A stretch of DNA of 64,000 nt from Eledone cirrhosa (lineage: Eukaryota). The first letter of the stretch is position 1. Every line of letters begins with the position of its first letter. This document shows positions 1-10,816 of this stretch, piece after piece. The stretch spans positions 199,268,001-199,332,000 of the forward strand of contig OZ024742.1 of the NCBI GenBank assembly GCA_964016885.1, in the 5' to 3' direction. A model generated the notes under the pieces. That model was given only the letters and a program-made list of their open reading frames with translations. It was not told the origin of the DNA and did not search any database. Position numbers and translations under genes: made by a program.

Positions 1-353
1 ATATATGAGAGAGAGAGAGAGGGGTGAGATTGGAAATAGCACGGAAAATATATTTAAGGCTCTGCTTTTCTTTTTTTTTTCCTTTCTTTGATTTGTAAAA
101 GTGATATTATGGGAAAAATGAGGGACAATTCTTTCAGAAAAGAGTTTCATAATGTTTATAAAGTATAACCGGTTTTGATGTATTAGTAAAATTCATCTTA
201 TCAAATGGTGAGTTTTCAACAAGAATTAAAAACTAAAAATTAAAGATTTAAAATTAAGTGTTGAGGTAAGTTTTTTTTTCATCTTCCTTGTTGAGAAGGA
301 CACTGGAAAATGAACTCTTGTGTATATAGAGAGAGGTGTAGTCATAAAAAAAA

Positions 354-400
<47 letters not shown>

Positions 401-423
401 AGAGTTACCATATATATGAACAA

Positions 424-790
424 TCATACAAACTGGGAAATTTGTGTTTTGATAAATTAATGGTTTGCATAAGAGAAACCATATAGTTTATGTTGATTAC
501 TAACATGTAGAAGTGATTAAAGATAAGAATATTTTTATGATTTATTTCTAGGATATAATTACATAAATGTTCAGCATATATGTATGCGACATACAGAATT
601 AAATGTATGATTAACTTTTGAGAAATAACTATTTGCAGAGAATAATATAGTTAAAAACTAGGAAGTTAAAACTGGAAAGCTAACTTCTTATTGTAGCAAC
701 ATGACTGAGATAGGAAATTCATTGTCTGTGTATGTATAAACTTAAAGAATTACAGATATATATAGTGTGTGTGTGCATATATCCATATAT
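424..790. repeat. Unclassified interspersed repeat (other copies ~20540-20850 and ~26620-26830)
   Basis: Shared ACAAACTGGGAAATTTG...AGAGAAACCATATAGTTTATGTTGATTACT...TTATTGTAGCAACATGACT segments. Confidence 0.75.
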
Positions 791-841
791 AAAAGGTCAA
801 GGAAAACAATGCTCAATCTATTGCAAGAAAGCTTATTTAGC

Positions 842-1011
842 ATAAAGTTTCATGCACTTAACATGTTTGTGCAGTCTTAGGTTTTTGGATCGAGTTATGG
901 CCACCACTATATAGTGGAGGAGCTGATCAAAACTAGCCTCACATCAAGCACTCAGATGAGAGGCCAGTTTTGAAGCAGTTCCTCCACTATGTTAAGTGTA
1001 TAAAACTTTAT
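842..1011. mobile_element. Fold-back/MITE-like inverted repeat
   Basis: Outer arms TAAAGTTTTCATGCACTTAACAT / ATGTTAAGTGTATAAAACTTTA; inner arms 911-945 and 956-990. Confidence 0.7.
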
Positions 1012-1139
1012 TTATGCTCTCTCTCTCTATATATATATATATATTTATATCTGTACTATAACAAAGGGAGGAGTGCGGGACTGCATCAAGAATATATTTT
1101 TTTATCCTGTTTGTAAAATAAGCTGGATTACTTTGAATA

Positions 1140-1300
1140 AATAATTGTTTCTACTTTTGGCACAAGGCCAGCAATTACCCAGTGCATTACTGGTGCTTTA
1201 TTCTATTGACCCCGTAAGGATGACAGGCAAAGTTAACCTCGGCGGGATTTGTAACTATGCAGGAAAGCATGGCGCCCGACCCTCTACTGATACTGCCAAA
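1140..1300 (-). mobile_element. tRNA-derived SINE family A (copies 32493-32685, 37332-37522, 44545-44737 on -, 32060-32200 on +, fragments ~11060, 25800, 29040, 30780-31270, 43960)
   Basis: Shared CTTTGCCTTTCATCCTTACGGGGTCGATAAAATAAAGTACCAG core; B-box GAGTTCAAATCC in full copies. Confidence 0.85.
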
Positions 1301-1858
1301 TGAATGAATATTACATAATTTATGTACTAAATTTCTTAACTCTTGATTAAATATAAATAATTTTATTTCTTATTTAAAATTGACTTCTTTTAAAAGTTTC
1401 AAATTTCTACACTTCCGGTATATCGCTGCCACACAACCACTTCAACTACCATATATATATAGACAGAGCAAGAAAGGGTGTGTGTGTGTGAAGAAAGAGA
1501 TACAAATAGTGATTATGTGACAGATATATCTATCTATCTATCTAATATATATATTGAGAGAGAAAGAGAGATTAGGATTTTTTCAACACGCTGACACGTA
1601 TGTACACACATATAGATCTATATGTATATATGTGTACATACACGTCAGCATGTTGTATATAACTATAAGCGCGCAAACACAGACAAACTTACAAAAATAC
1701 ACGCTTATGGACATACATTCAGACACACATACTTTCACACAAACACTTACATACATTCACATATATACAGTTACACAAACACACACATACAGTCATGATA
1801 GCAGCGTTTGAGAGTAAAATGAAGTACTTTTTATTTATTTATTAACAGCACATTTAAA

Positions 1859-2540
1859 CTTTTTTTTTTTTAAACTCATTTGTATAAAAATTTAATATAA
1901 TGGTTACAGAAGGAAAACTCAAACAAATATAATATATACAAAGGAAAGGAAAAAAAGAAAGAAAAAAAAAACACAAGCAAGTAATGCACACATCTAAGAC
2001 CACATAGAACACAATGCAGGCAAAAGGGATGGACAAACGATCCGCTACTAGAGCAAAAGATAACAATATAGCGAGGAGCACTGGAAAACCTCTCTAATAA
2101 TTTTTGAGGCAAGTCAGCACGCTCGCAGCGTTACCTGGAGTGATGGAGAGGCTGAGGTGCTGGAACAACCAAGTGCCCTCATGAGCATCACCAGTTACCT
2201 CTGTTTTGCGAGCAGCCAGTGAAGATAAGAATCTCGCTGCCAGTAGTCTGACTCCCTCAAATGTCTTGAATGCCACAGGCTGGATAATGTAGTTAGCTGA
2301 CAGAACACGGTATTTTAGGATTTTGTTCCATTCAGCTACGGATGCTGTAGCTGTTGCCCTTACCACTGCATCCAGGATGTAGGAAGAAGCAAAAGAGTCA
2401 CTAACTGTGATGTCTCAGATAAGGCATCTGCCTCTTGACCAGGAGCATAGTAAGACCGTCAAGTCTTTTCCCATCAATTCTGGACAACCCAGGCGGTTCC
2501 AAAATTGAGGGGATGTTTGCTCGGGCCAAAGTTCTTAAGT
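1859..2540 (-). mobile_element. 3' fragment of a CRE/NeSL-type non-LTR retrotransposon (restriction-like endonuclease domain), decayed
   Basis: Minus-strand translation PSILEPPGLSRIDGKRLDG..., AEWNKILKY, QPVAFKTFEG, QHLSLSITPGNAASVL; poly(A) tail at ~1859-1872. Confidence 0.75.
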
Positions 2541-2671
2541 GGTAATAGGACAGTGTGTGTATGTGCGCGCGTGAGTTTATCAGCGTTCTTAAATTAGAGA
2601 CATGATTGTGTGTGTCTCACTGTTTTAAAGTTAGACATATATATGTGTGTATCCTTACACACACATACATT

Positions 2672-3255
2672 CTGAAGCAGGTAGAAAAGTTCAAATATCT
2701 TGGAGCCGTGTTCATGAGTGATGGAATGCAGGAGGCTGAATTAATTGCAAGAATTGCAAAAGCTGATGCAGTAATGCACTAGCCTCAGCATTCAGCAACC
2801 AGAAGAACGGAGGTAGGTGTAAAAGCCAAACTCGCTATCTTCATGGTATTCCTGCCAACTCTTACCGAGGAATGACCAAAAGAATACAATTGCAAATAAA
2901 AGCGGCAGAAATGGGGTTCCCCGAAGGGTCTTTGGAGTAACGTTACTTGATAAAGTGACCAGAGAGTCACTCCTGGTAGAGCTGCTACTTCTCCGAATTG
3001 AGAGATCGGGCATGTGGTTAGAATATCTCAGTAAAGAATCACTGGACAGATTTTACAGGCAAAACCAACTGGCAAGAGTCCCAGAGGTAGATCTTGAGAA
3101 AGATAGTTGGATAACATCCATCAGCTTGGCTGGTCACGCTTTGGGATCCAGCTGGATCAGTTAGAGATGTTTGCTTCTGACAGACTCGCTGGAAGGAGTG
3201 TTTGAGAAGGACTCTGGCCCCCACGACCCTCTCAGAAATAAGTGGGCGAATAAGA
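2672..3255 (+). mobile_element. Decayed RTE-clade (Rex3/Expander-like) LINE 3' fragment; second copy ~44190-44530
   Basis: KQVEKFKYLGAVFMSDG...ARIAKADAVM; RIQLQIKAAEMG; the same 3' end CCCACGACCCTCTCAGAAATAAGTGGGCGAA occurs in both copies. Confidence 0.75.
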
Positions 3256-3529
3256 AGATATTGTCAATTTACATATATCTATATGCATATATATTTGCGT
3301 ATAATACCAATATGCACACTACATATGCTAGCAGAAAACTGCCCAAAGGGTGGTTTTTCTGCTAGTATATATAATTAATTATACGAGCACACATGGCCCA
3401 TTGTAGTTGATTATAGATGATGCAGATCTCTCTCTCTCACACACACTAGTTGGTGTATATTATATGGAGCGTGAATTTAATAAACATTTATTGTACTGCC
3501 TCTCTGTTCTGTCCCTGTTCAAATTTTTC

Positions 3530-3580
<51 letters not shown>

Positions 3581-3587
3581 GTTGGTG

Positions 3588-3642
<55 letters not shown>

Positions 3643-3645
<3 letters not shown>

Positions 3646-3988
3646 AGGCACATGGCTTAGTGGTTAGAGCATTGGCCTTGCAATCGAAAGGTTGTGAGTT
3701 CAATTCTCAGACCGGGTGATGTGTTGTTTCCTTGAGCAAGACACTTTATTTCACATTGCTCTAGTTTACTCAGCTGTAGAAATGAGATGATAGGGACTGG
3801 GATCCATATCATTCCACGGCAAAGTGGTCGTGGAGGTGCCACGGCAAAAAAGCACCCAACACTCACTGTAAATGAGGTTGGTGTTAGGAAGGGCATCCAG
3901 CTGTAGAAATCAAGCCAGAATCAGTTCCCGTCCCACCCTTGCAAGCAAGGAAAAAGCGGACGTAAAATAAAATGAAATGATGAAATGA
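3643..3988 (+). mobile_element. tRNA-derived SINE family B with RTE-type tail (near-identical copy 34302-34650 on -; related heads at 8180, 10178, 12097, 12190, 13520-13645(-), 27714, 42680, 50950)
   Basis: A-box TGGCTTAGTGG, B-box GAGTTCAATTC, central CCTTGAGCAAGACACTTTATTTCAC, tail GCAAGGAAAAAGCGGACGTAAAA(TGAAA/TGA)n. Confidence 0.88.
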
Positions 3989-4199
3989 TATATATATATA
4001 TATATATATTTCGTTTCTGAATTTGTTTAGCAAGATTCTTTATCTGAAATCGTGTGTTGAAACCGATATTGTTATACTTTGGGAGGGTCATGTTGCCAAT
4101 AAGAAACACCCGCACCAGTTACTTTCACTTCAATTTATTATATATTTATAAATTTCTGGTTGGTTGGTTGGTTCCACAACCAGATAGTTGTTTATATAT

Positions 4200-4244
4200 A
4201 GTCATAGTTCTTTCGTCACACACTCTGTGACCTCTTCAGTGACT
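4200..4244 (-). ncRNA. Minimal type I hammerhead ribozyme (mirror copy)
   Basis: Exact reverse complement of 4379-4423. Confidence 0.85.
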
Positions 4245-4378
4245 GGGGATTCCTTTCTTTGTTTCTGTGCCTCTCCTTTGTTCTGTCCTACGCCATTTTG
4301 TTTCTGCGTGTGTGTTGTGTGCTCAGTCTGCGCATGCGCCACATCCAGAAACACACAGAAACAAAGAAAGGAATCCCC

Positions 4379-4423
4379 AGTCACTGAAGAGGTCACAGAG
4401 TGTGTGACGAAAGAACTATGACT
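4379..4423 (+). ncRNA. Minimal type I hammerhead ribozyme
   Basis: AGUCA-CUGAAGA-g-GUCACA(gagug)UGUGAC-GAAA-G(aa)C-UA-UGACU: stem I 5 bp, stem II 6 bp, intact core, CUA cleavage triplet. Confidence 0.85.
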
Positions 4424-4572
4424 ATATATAAACAACTATCTGGTTGTGGAACCAACCAACCAACCACAAATTTATAAATATATAATAAATTGAAGTGAAA
4501 GCAACTGGTGCGTGTGTTTCTTATTGGCAACATGACCCTCCCAAAGTATAACAATATATATATATATATATA

Positions 4573-5510
4573 AATTCTGGCTATGGAAACAGCAGTTGGA
4601 AGCAAGAGGACTGAGAGTGAACATAGCTAAGACAAAAGTGTTGATGAGTAGAAAAGGGGACAAAACTCTGATTCCGTCAGGGAAATGGCCATGTTCGATA
4701 TGCAGAAAAGGAACTGGCATAAATTCTATAAAATGCACACAATGCAGATCCTGGGTACACAAGAGATATAGCGGGATAGCAGGCAAACTAACAGGTAGGG
4801 AGAAATATGTATGCAGTAGATGTACAGGGAAATTAGACAGTAGAAGTCGCATTGATAGACACATTTTTCAAATGCAGGAGGGTGCTATAGAAGTGGTGGA
4901 TAGCTTCCGGTACCTAGGAGATCAGATTAGCATGGGAGGAGGGTGTTCCGAGGCCATAGTATCTAGAATAAGGATGGGTTGGAAGAAGTTTAGGGAGCTG
5001 CTTCCTCTGCTGACGAAGAAGGGTTTCTCCCTGCGTACAAAAGGCTGGTTGTATGATGCCTGTGTGAGGAGCGCGATGCTGCATGGTAGTGAGACATGGG
5101 CAGCAACTGCAGAGGATATCCGACGGCTGGAGAGAAATGAGGCAAGCATGCTCCGTTGGATGTGCAGTGTAAATGTGCGTGAACGACCCAGCATAAATGT
5201 GTTGAGAGAGAAACTGTGTCTGAGAGGGATAGAATGTAGTGTGCGGGAGAGGAGACTGAGATGGTATGGACATGTGATGTGCATGGAGGATGACCGATGG
5301 GTGAAGAAGTGCCAGGAAATGCCAGTTGAAGGAAGACGTGGTAGAGGTAGACCACGAAAAACATGGGCGGAGGTGGTGAGAACAGACCTCAGATCGTTGA
5401 AGCTCATGGTGGAGATGACGAAGGACCATGACAAGTGGAGAGATGCTGTGCTGAATAAGACCCGTCCCACCGTTGCGAGCAGGGAAGAGTGGACGTAAAA
5501 TGATGATGAT
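4573..5510 (+). mobile_element. 5'-truncated RTE LINE (RT C-terminus with PHD-like insert), same family as 39100-42142
   Basis: ORF 4596-5498: [38 protein letters not shown]; (TGA)n tail. Confidence 0.93.
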
Positions 5511-5641
5511 ATATATTATAGTTGAAGTATATTATATATTATAGTTGGTGTATATTATATATATATATTATAGTTGGTGTATATTATATATATATATATT
5601 ATAGTTGGTGTATATTATATATATATATATTATAGTTGGTG

Positions 5642-5715
<74 letters not shown>

Positions 5716-5856
5716 TGGTGTATATTATATATATATATTATAGTTGGTGTATATTATATATATATATTATAGTTGGTGTATATTATATATATATATTATA
5801 GTTGGTGTATATTATATATATATATATTATAGTTGGTGTAGGTTATATATATATTA
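5511..5856. repeat. Minisatellite TATTATAGTTGGTGTATATTA(TA)n, ~11 units
   Basis: Units read directly; the same unit also occurs at 3448 and 3578. Confidence 0.9.
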
Positions 5857-7125
5857 GTGACCCTTCATCCTTGGGACATAACAAACATTGGTATCTTTTG
5901 TATCTTATCTTAGTATTTCTTTATTTACTGCTTTATCAGAAATACTTTTCATACATGGATCGGTATGCTAGTGTTTAGGTAGCTTGAAAATGTATGTGCA
6001 CAAGCAAACACACTATTGGCGGAGGGTCGTGTTTAGCTCTTTACACACACTGATATACGGTGTGTGTGGTTCATGTTTGTAAGGTTGTGAGTTTAACTTT
6101 TGTTGTGTCCTTGAGCAAGACACTTTATTTTATGTTGCTCAGCTTGAGAAAAATGATCAAAGAGCCACCTTTGTCATACACTGTCACTCCGAATATCCCT
6201 GAGAATTACGTTGTGCAGAATGCTCTGCCACTTATGTTAATTTCATGAACAGTTGCTTTTAAAATCTTGGTCACTATCTCTGAGTGTCCCGCGTATTCAT
6301 ATATATATGAATATCATCATCATCATCGTTTATAATCTATTTTCCATGCTAGCATGGGTTAGATGGGTTTATCCCGTTAGAGGCAAGTTGGGTCGGGTGG
6401 CCGTGTCTTGCTCATATAGGACTGTTTATATACATATATATATATATATATACATTTAAACTTAAGAAAGTTAACAGAGAAGACAAAACAACAAATGGAA
6501 ACAAAACAAAATGAAAAACAATTTTTTTCTGGGGGAAACCTTATAAAAACAAAAGTACAAATGAAGGACACAGAACTCTATGGTCATCAACCTTTGAGAC
6601 GGACTTGGACAGTTTCGACCCTTACTAACGGTACTGCTGGTCCACCCGGGGTCACAGCATCTGACATAAGCCAAATGCTGTCCTGTTGAGTAAGAGATGA
6701 GAAACAAAACATTAACTCATAGCAATTAAGCTACAAGTACACATAGACTTTTGTGTGACGTCAGGGAAAAAGTGTGCTGCCTCTGATAGTCCATAAATAA
6801 AACAAAAAAAGGAAGAATAAAAAGCAAGACGAAGAAATTAAGATATCGTGTTAAAAAAATGTAAGCCATTGCAATAAATGGGGGTGAGGGGGAGATAAAC
6901 ATGTTTGTCACATTAGTATTAATAAACTTTAAAAAATTAACAAAGAGAGGACAAGACATATATACCTATATACACATACAATATGCACGCATGCAGATAA
7001 ATCTATATCATTATCATCATACTTACATGATTCTTGTTTGTATGGGTTGGATGAAATTCTTTTATAGCATATTTTAGTTACCTGCTCAGAACCTTTGTTT
7101 CCATTTAACAACCTTTTTGAATTAA

Positions 7126-7426
7126 CCATTTTGTTACCATATTTCTAATGAAAGGCACTGTCTATAATTTTCAAGAATTTGGAGCGATCTAATAATGTAA
7201 CTAAGCCTTTTTTTAATTATTAATTTGGGTGTTTGGATCATTACTTAACAAAGGTTCCTACATAAAATTATGATGTCAGTTTTATTTTTAGATATCATCA
7301 CCATCATCACTGTTTTATGTCCATTTTCCACACTAGCATGGGTTAGATGAAAAGGTAGCAAACATTTAAAAATAGTCTTGTACTCAAGAACCTGGGGTGG
7401 TTTCAGGTAGTTTGGTATCAAAATGG
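7126..7426. mobile_element. TTAA-flanked (piggyBac-type) MITE family 1 (also 8767-8980, 15181-15420, fragments ~20855, 23880-24250, 34785-34975, 42360-42532, 46200-46512, 53135)
   Basis: TTAA-CC(A/C)TTTTG(T/A)T(A)C(C)A ... TGGTATCAAAA(T/G)GG-TTAA termini with a shared internal sequence. Confidence 0.8.
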
Positions 7427-7622
7427 TTAAAAAACATTGCCAAAAATTAAATGAAATTTAAATATAACACATTTTCACCTCTGTGACTTTTGTAGTTTAT
7501 GATAAACACTGTAAAGAGGAAGAATGTTACCAATGACACAGGGTATTGAGTACTCACTAATTTTGAGTTTCATTGCTGACATTCTTTGTTTTTGTTTCAT
7601 TTCTGAACTGTGTGTGTCATAG

Positions 7623-7742
7623 ACAAAAGTCATAGTCTGTGGAAAAGATGTCGAATGGAGAGAGATGTTAAGAGAGTGTCGGGCAGCAAGAGAAAAAATG
7701 AGAGAATGGGCAAGAGAAAAAAAGTTAAATCAAAAGGCAGAG
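7623..7742 (+). CDS. Candidate upstream/alternative 120-nt exon of UBE4B
   Basis: tcatag| acceptor and AG|gtaagg donor. Open in two frames; the phase-1 frame (KSHSLWKRCRMERDVKRVSGSKRKNERMGKRKKVKSKGR) joins exon 10711 in frame. No recognisable UBE4B homology. Confidence 0.55.
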
Positions 7743-7789
7743 GTAAGGAATATCTTAACTAATGTTTACTAACATTTTCAGCTTAACCG

Positions 7790-8180
7790 CAGTGGTTGCC
7801 AACCTATAGTCTACAGAGCTCTGATGGGACTAATAAAGTTAGTACTCCGTGGTGCTTGAGCTAAGCTAAAAATTTCAAATGGTTGTCAGTGTAAAATATA
7901 GAAGTGCTCATGATAAATTTGATTGTTAACCTGTTGTCCAGGGGTCCCTAAGGATCCACTGCAGTATTTCTGGTGGTGGTGGTGTTTGAGCTATGTTCAA
8001 AATTTCAAGATGTTCATGTAAAATATAGAATTGCTCACGATAAGGTTGATTGCCAACCTGTGGTCCACAGTTCCCTAAAGATCCACAAAGGTAATGGTAA
8101 TACTGGTGGATCCTTGAGCAAAGTTTAACATTCCAAGAGGTTGCATTGTGAAATATATAAGTACTCATGATAAAGTGTGT
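7790..8180. repeat. Diverged ~130-bp tandem repeat (3 units, further unit ~8520-8650)
   Basis: Recurrent AACCTGTGGTCCACAG...TGAGCTAAGTTCAAAATTTCAAG...AAATATAGAAGTGCTCATGATAA. Confidence 0.65.
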
Positions 8181-9301
8181 AGGCATGTGGCTTAGAGACT
8201 AGGATGCTGGACTCTTGATCATAAGGATGTGGGTTTGATTCTTGGACTGAGTGGTACATTGTGTTCTTGATTAAGGCATTTAATTTCACATTGCTTTACC
8301 TGATAGGACAGGGACTCCTATAATTAAAACACCTGAAGAACCTCTAAGTTGTAACCTTAGATGAGGCCACCTAAGCCTGCATAGTGTGAATTGTGAATTT
8401 CATTTTTACTCATTGTAAGGCTGAGGAAAATATTTTCAAAATTGTTTCCAAATTAGAATGTTTTGCTATAGTGTGTTGGGTGTCTCTTATGATATTTATT
8501 TATTACCCATCCTAGCAGGTCACAACCTGTCTTTTGCAGACTCTCTAGGGGCCAACAAAGGTGGCCTTAAGCTAAGTTCAAAATTTTCAGAGCTTGCAAT
8601 GTATAATATAGCTGATGATAAATAAATGTTCAAAATTTTAAATCTACAAGAATATTGTAATATATTTAGATGTTCGTTTGAATCTAATCTTTGCTCACAA
8701 CTGTCTTCTATTGGATCTGAAATCTGCAACATATTATCAACAAAGCAGCATCAAACAACTCATTAACCCTTTTTGATCATATTCCCAATGAAATACACTG
8801 CATTTCAGTTAATTAATGAAGATTTACTATTTCAGTATTAATGTTATTTGCAACATAACTTAACAAAAGTCCCTATATGATTATGTTGGAAAATTTTAAC
8901 TTAAATAGGAATCCTTAAAAATCGGTAGTTTTCTATCATGGAACCAGAGGTAGTTCTAGGTGGGTTGGTTATCAAAAGGGTTAAACAAATAACTTTTTTT
9001 GTTTTAATATTGCCATTTATTTAGGTGACTATTCGGTTACACATGTCTTTCAAATATACATTGTGTATCTGGTTTAGAATAAGTACATTATATCCTTGCA
9101 TGTTGTAAGAAGTAACAAAAAAGGCTCATACCAAGAATGGCATCCAGAAAGGACTCTGAGGATTATGAAGTCTATCATAGGACTCAGATACGCAAGGCTA
9201 ACTCTTGGTTTTAGCAGGGAAAATGGCCTTAAAACACTTGTTACTCTTGCTGTTTATATTCCTGAATTGAGACACAAAACTTAGATTGTGTTTGCGTATT
9301 T

Positions 9302-9349
<48 letters not shown>

Positions 9350-9464
9350 TCATCATTTTATATTTGCTTCCTGTGCTTGCATGCACTGGATGAGTCACAT
9401 TTTCAGACTGACTGTCTCAGTCATGTTCCAGTGCTCTCTGTGCCTGCCTGTCTCTCTCTCACTG

Positions 9465-9502
<38 letters not shown>

Positions 9503-9543
9503 CACACCTCTCTCTCTCTCTCCACACCTCTCTCTCTCTCTCC

Positions 9544-9592
<49 letters not shown>

Positions 9593-10386
9593 CCTCTCTC
9601 TCTCTATTTATATTTTTTTTCATTATCTCCATTTAACATCTATTTCCATGCTTGTATGGGTTAAGCAGGTGGTCACCTGTATATATATATATATTTGGAA
9701 TTTGGAAAATATTAAGACATGTTGTTATAGGTTAGATCAAAGAACAAAAAATAATTTGTTTTGTTTCCTAAAACTGCCGAGAATATAGTGAATGCATATT
9801 GAATGTTTGTATAGTAATGTGTAACCACAGGACGGTCTACATAAATATGGACTTGTGAAAACAAAACCTTATGTTTTATATGTGTTCATGACCGAGGGTG
9901 AGCTAAAATGTTCATTGGCTGGCTGTGGAGTGATGCTCGGGCTGTGAAATCTTGCATGCATTAATTTCAATTCTTCTTATTAATAACGGCATATATATAT
10001 GCGTGCGTGTGTGTGTATCCCTGGTTCAATTGGGGTTAACCACAGTAAGTAAGGTACACAAGCAATGCGGAGTATAAATGTTTAATATAGAAATGGCTTC
10101 TACGAGACTAGAACTGTTTCATTCGAAGGAAATAATCAGGAATCCGACAATCATATATATATATATATATATATAGCTGAGTGGTTAGAGAATTAGATTC
10201 GCAATCGTGAGGTTGTCAGTTTGATTCCTGGACCGGGTGATGAGTTGTGTCCTTGGGCAAGACACTTTATTTCACGTTGCTCCTTCTATCTGGAGTTGCG
10301 ACCGATAGAAAGTATTAGCAATTGAAAAGACGAATAGAAACATTGTTTCCTCGGTCCGATTTGACGAAAGTCGATCGAATGTCAAA

Positions 10387-10428
<42 letters not shown>

Positions 10429-10489
10429 GATTGCTAGCCCAAAAGGATCTGTGCAGCAGTGCATGGGTAATGCTGGTTGTGTGTGTATG

Positions 10490-10543
<54 letters not shown>

Positions 10544-10710
10544 ATCTTATTTGTTTTTTATTGTTTACATTGGTTGGACTACACACATTTATTATTAAAC
10601 GTGTGTGTGTTTAGATGATTTTTTCAACAAGAATTGTTAACTAATTATCTTCCATGTTTGTAGATAGTAAATCGATACGACAATCTTTGATTACTTTTCT
10701 CTCTCTGCAG

Positions 10711-10816
10711 CAAATGTAGAATCTATCAGTCCTGATACACAGCAACAACAACAACAACAACAACAACAGCAACAACATCAAATGGACACTGATTCAGAAT
10801 ATGTCACTGAGAAAAA
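10711..10816 (+). CDS. UBE4B: UBE4B exon ([10 protein letters not shown]12[13 protein letters not shown])
   Basis: ctgcag| ... |gtgagt, phase 1-2; resembles vertebrate MDIDGVSCEK. Confidence 0.85.

Larger units (their letters stand above)
4008..4557. mobile_element. Inverted (head-to-head) Penelope-like pLTR pair
   Basis: ~204-bp arms 4066-4269 and 4354-4557; homologous to 63320-63618, which lies directly downstream of a GIY-YIG ORF. Confidence 0.88.

Noticed and set aside
100-271. Coding first exon of UBE4B
   Set aside because: Donor-like sites exist at 208 and 266, but the frames are closed and the conserved N-terminus is absent; at most a UTR exon
3643-3720. tRNA-like sequence with A and B boxes
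   Set aside because: SINE head without an acceptor stem, followed by the SINE body; not a tRNA gene
4188-4435. Two opposite-strand ORFs with identical N- and C-termini
   Set aside because: Artefact of the inverted pLTR repeat; no coding features
5511-5856. CRISPR-like regular repeat (also 26213-26375 and 50780-51535)
   Set aside because: Spacers are TA runs or absent, there are no cas genes, and the context is eukaryotic
6560-6700. Minus-strand GACCC...GGGTC-GAAAC-TGTC resembling a hammerhead, or a terminal exon
   Set aside because: No CUGAnGA adjacent to stem II and no partner exons; at most a decayed Penelope end
8519-8560. Possible small exon cag|GTCACAACC...AAAG|gtggcc
   Set aside because: It is another unit of the 7790-8180 repeat, has a weak donor and has no UBE4B homology
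10105-10145. Hammerhead-like CTGATTA...GAATGAAACAGTTC on - (similar case 32855-32925 with GAAACTCGAGTA)
   Set aside because: Core is mutated and stem I is not convincing; possibly dead pLTR relics, so not called
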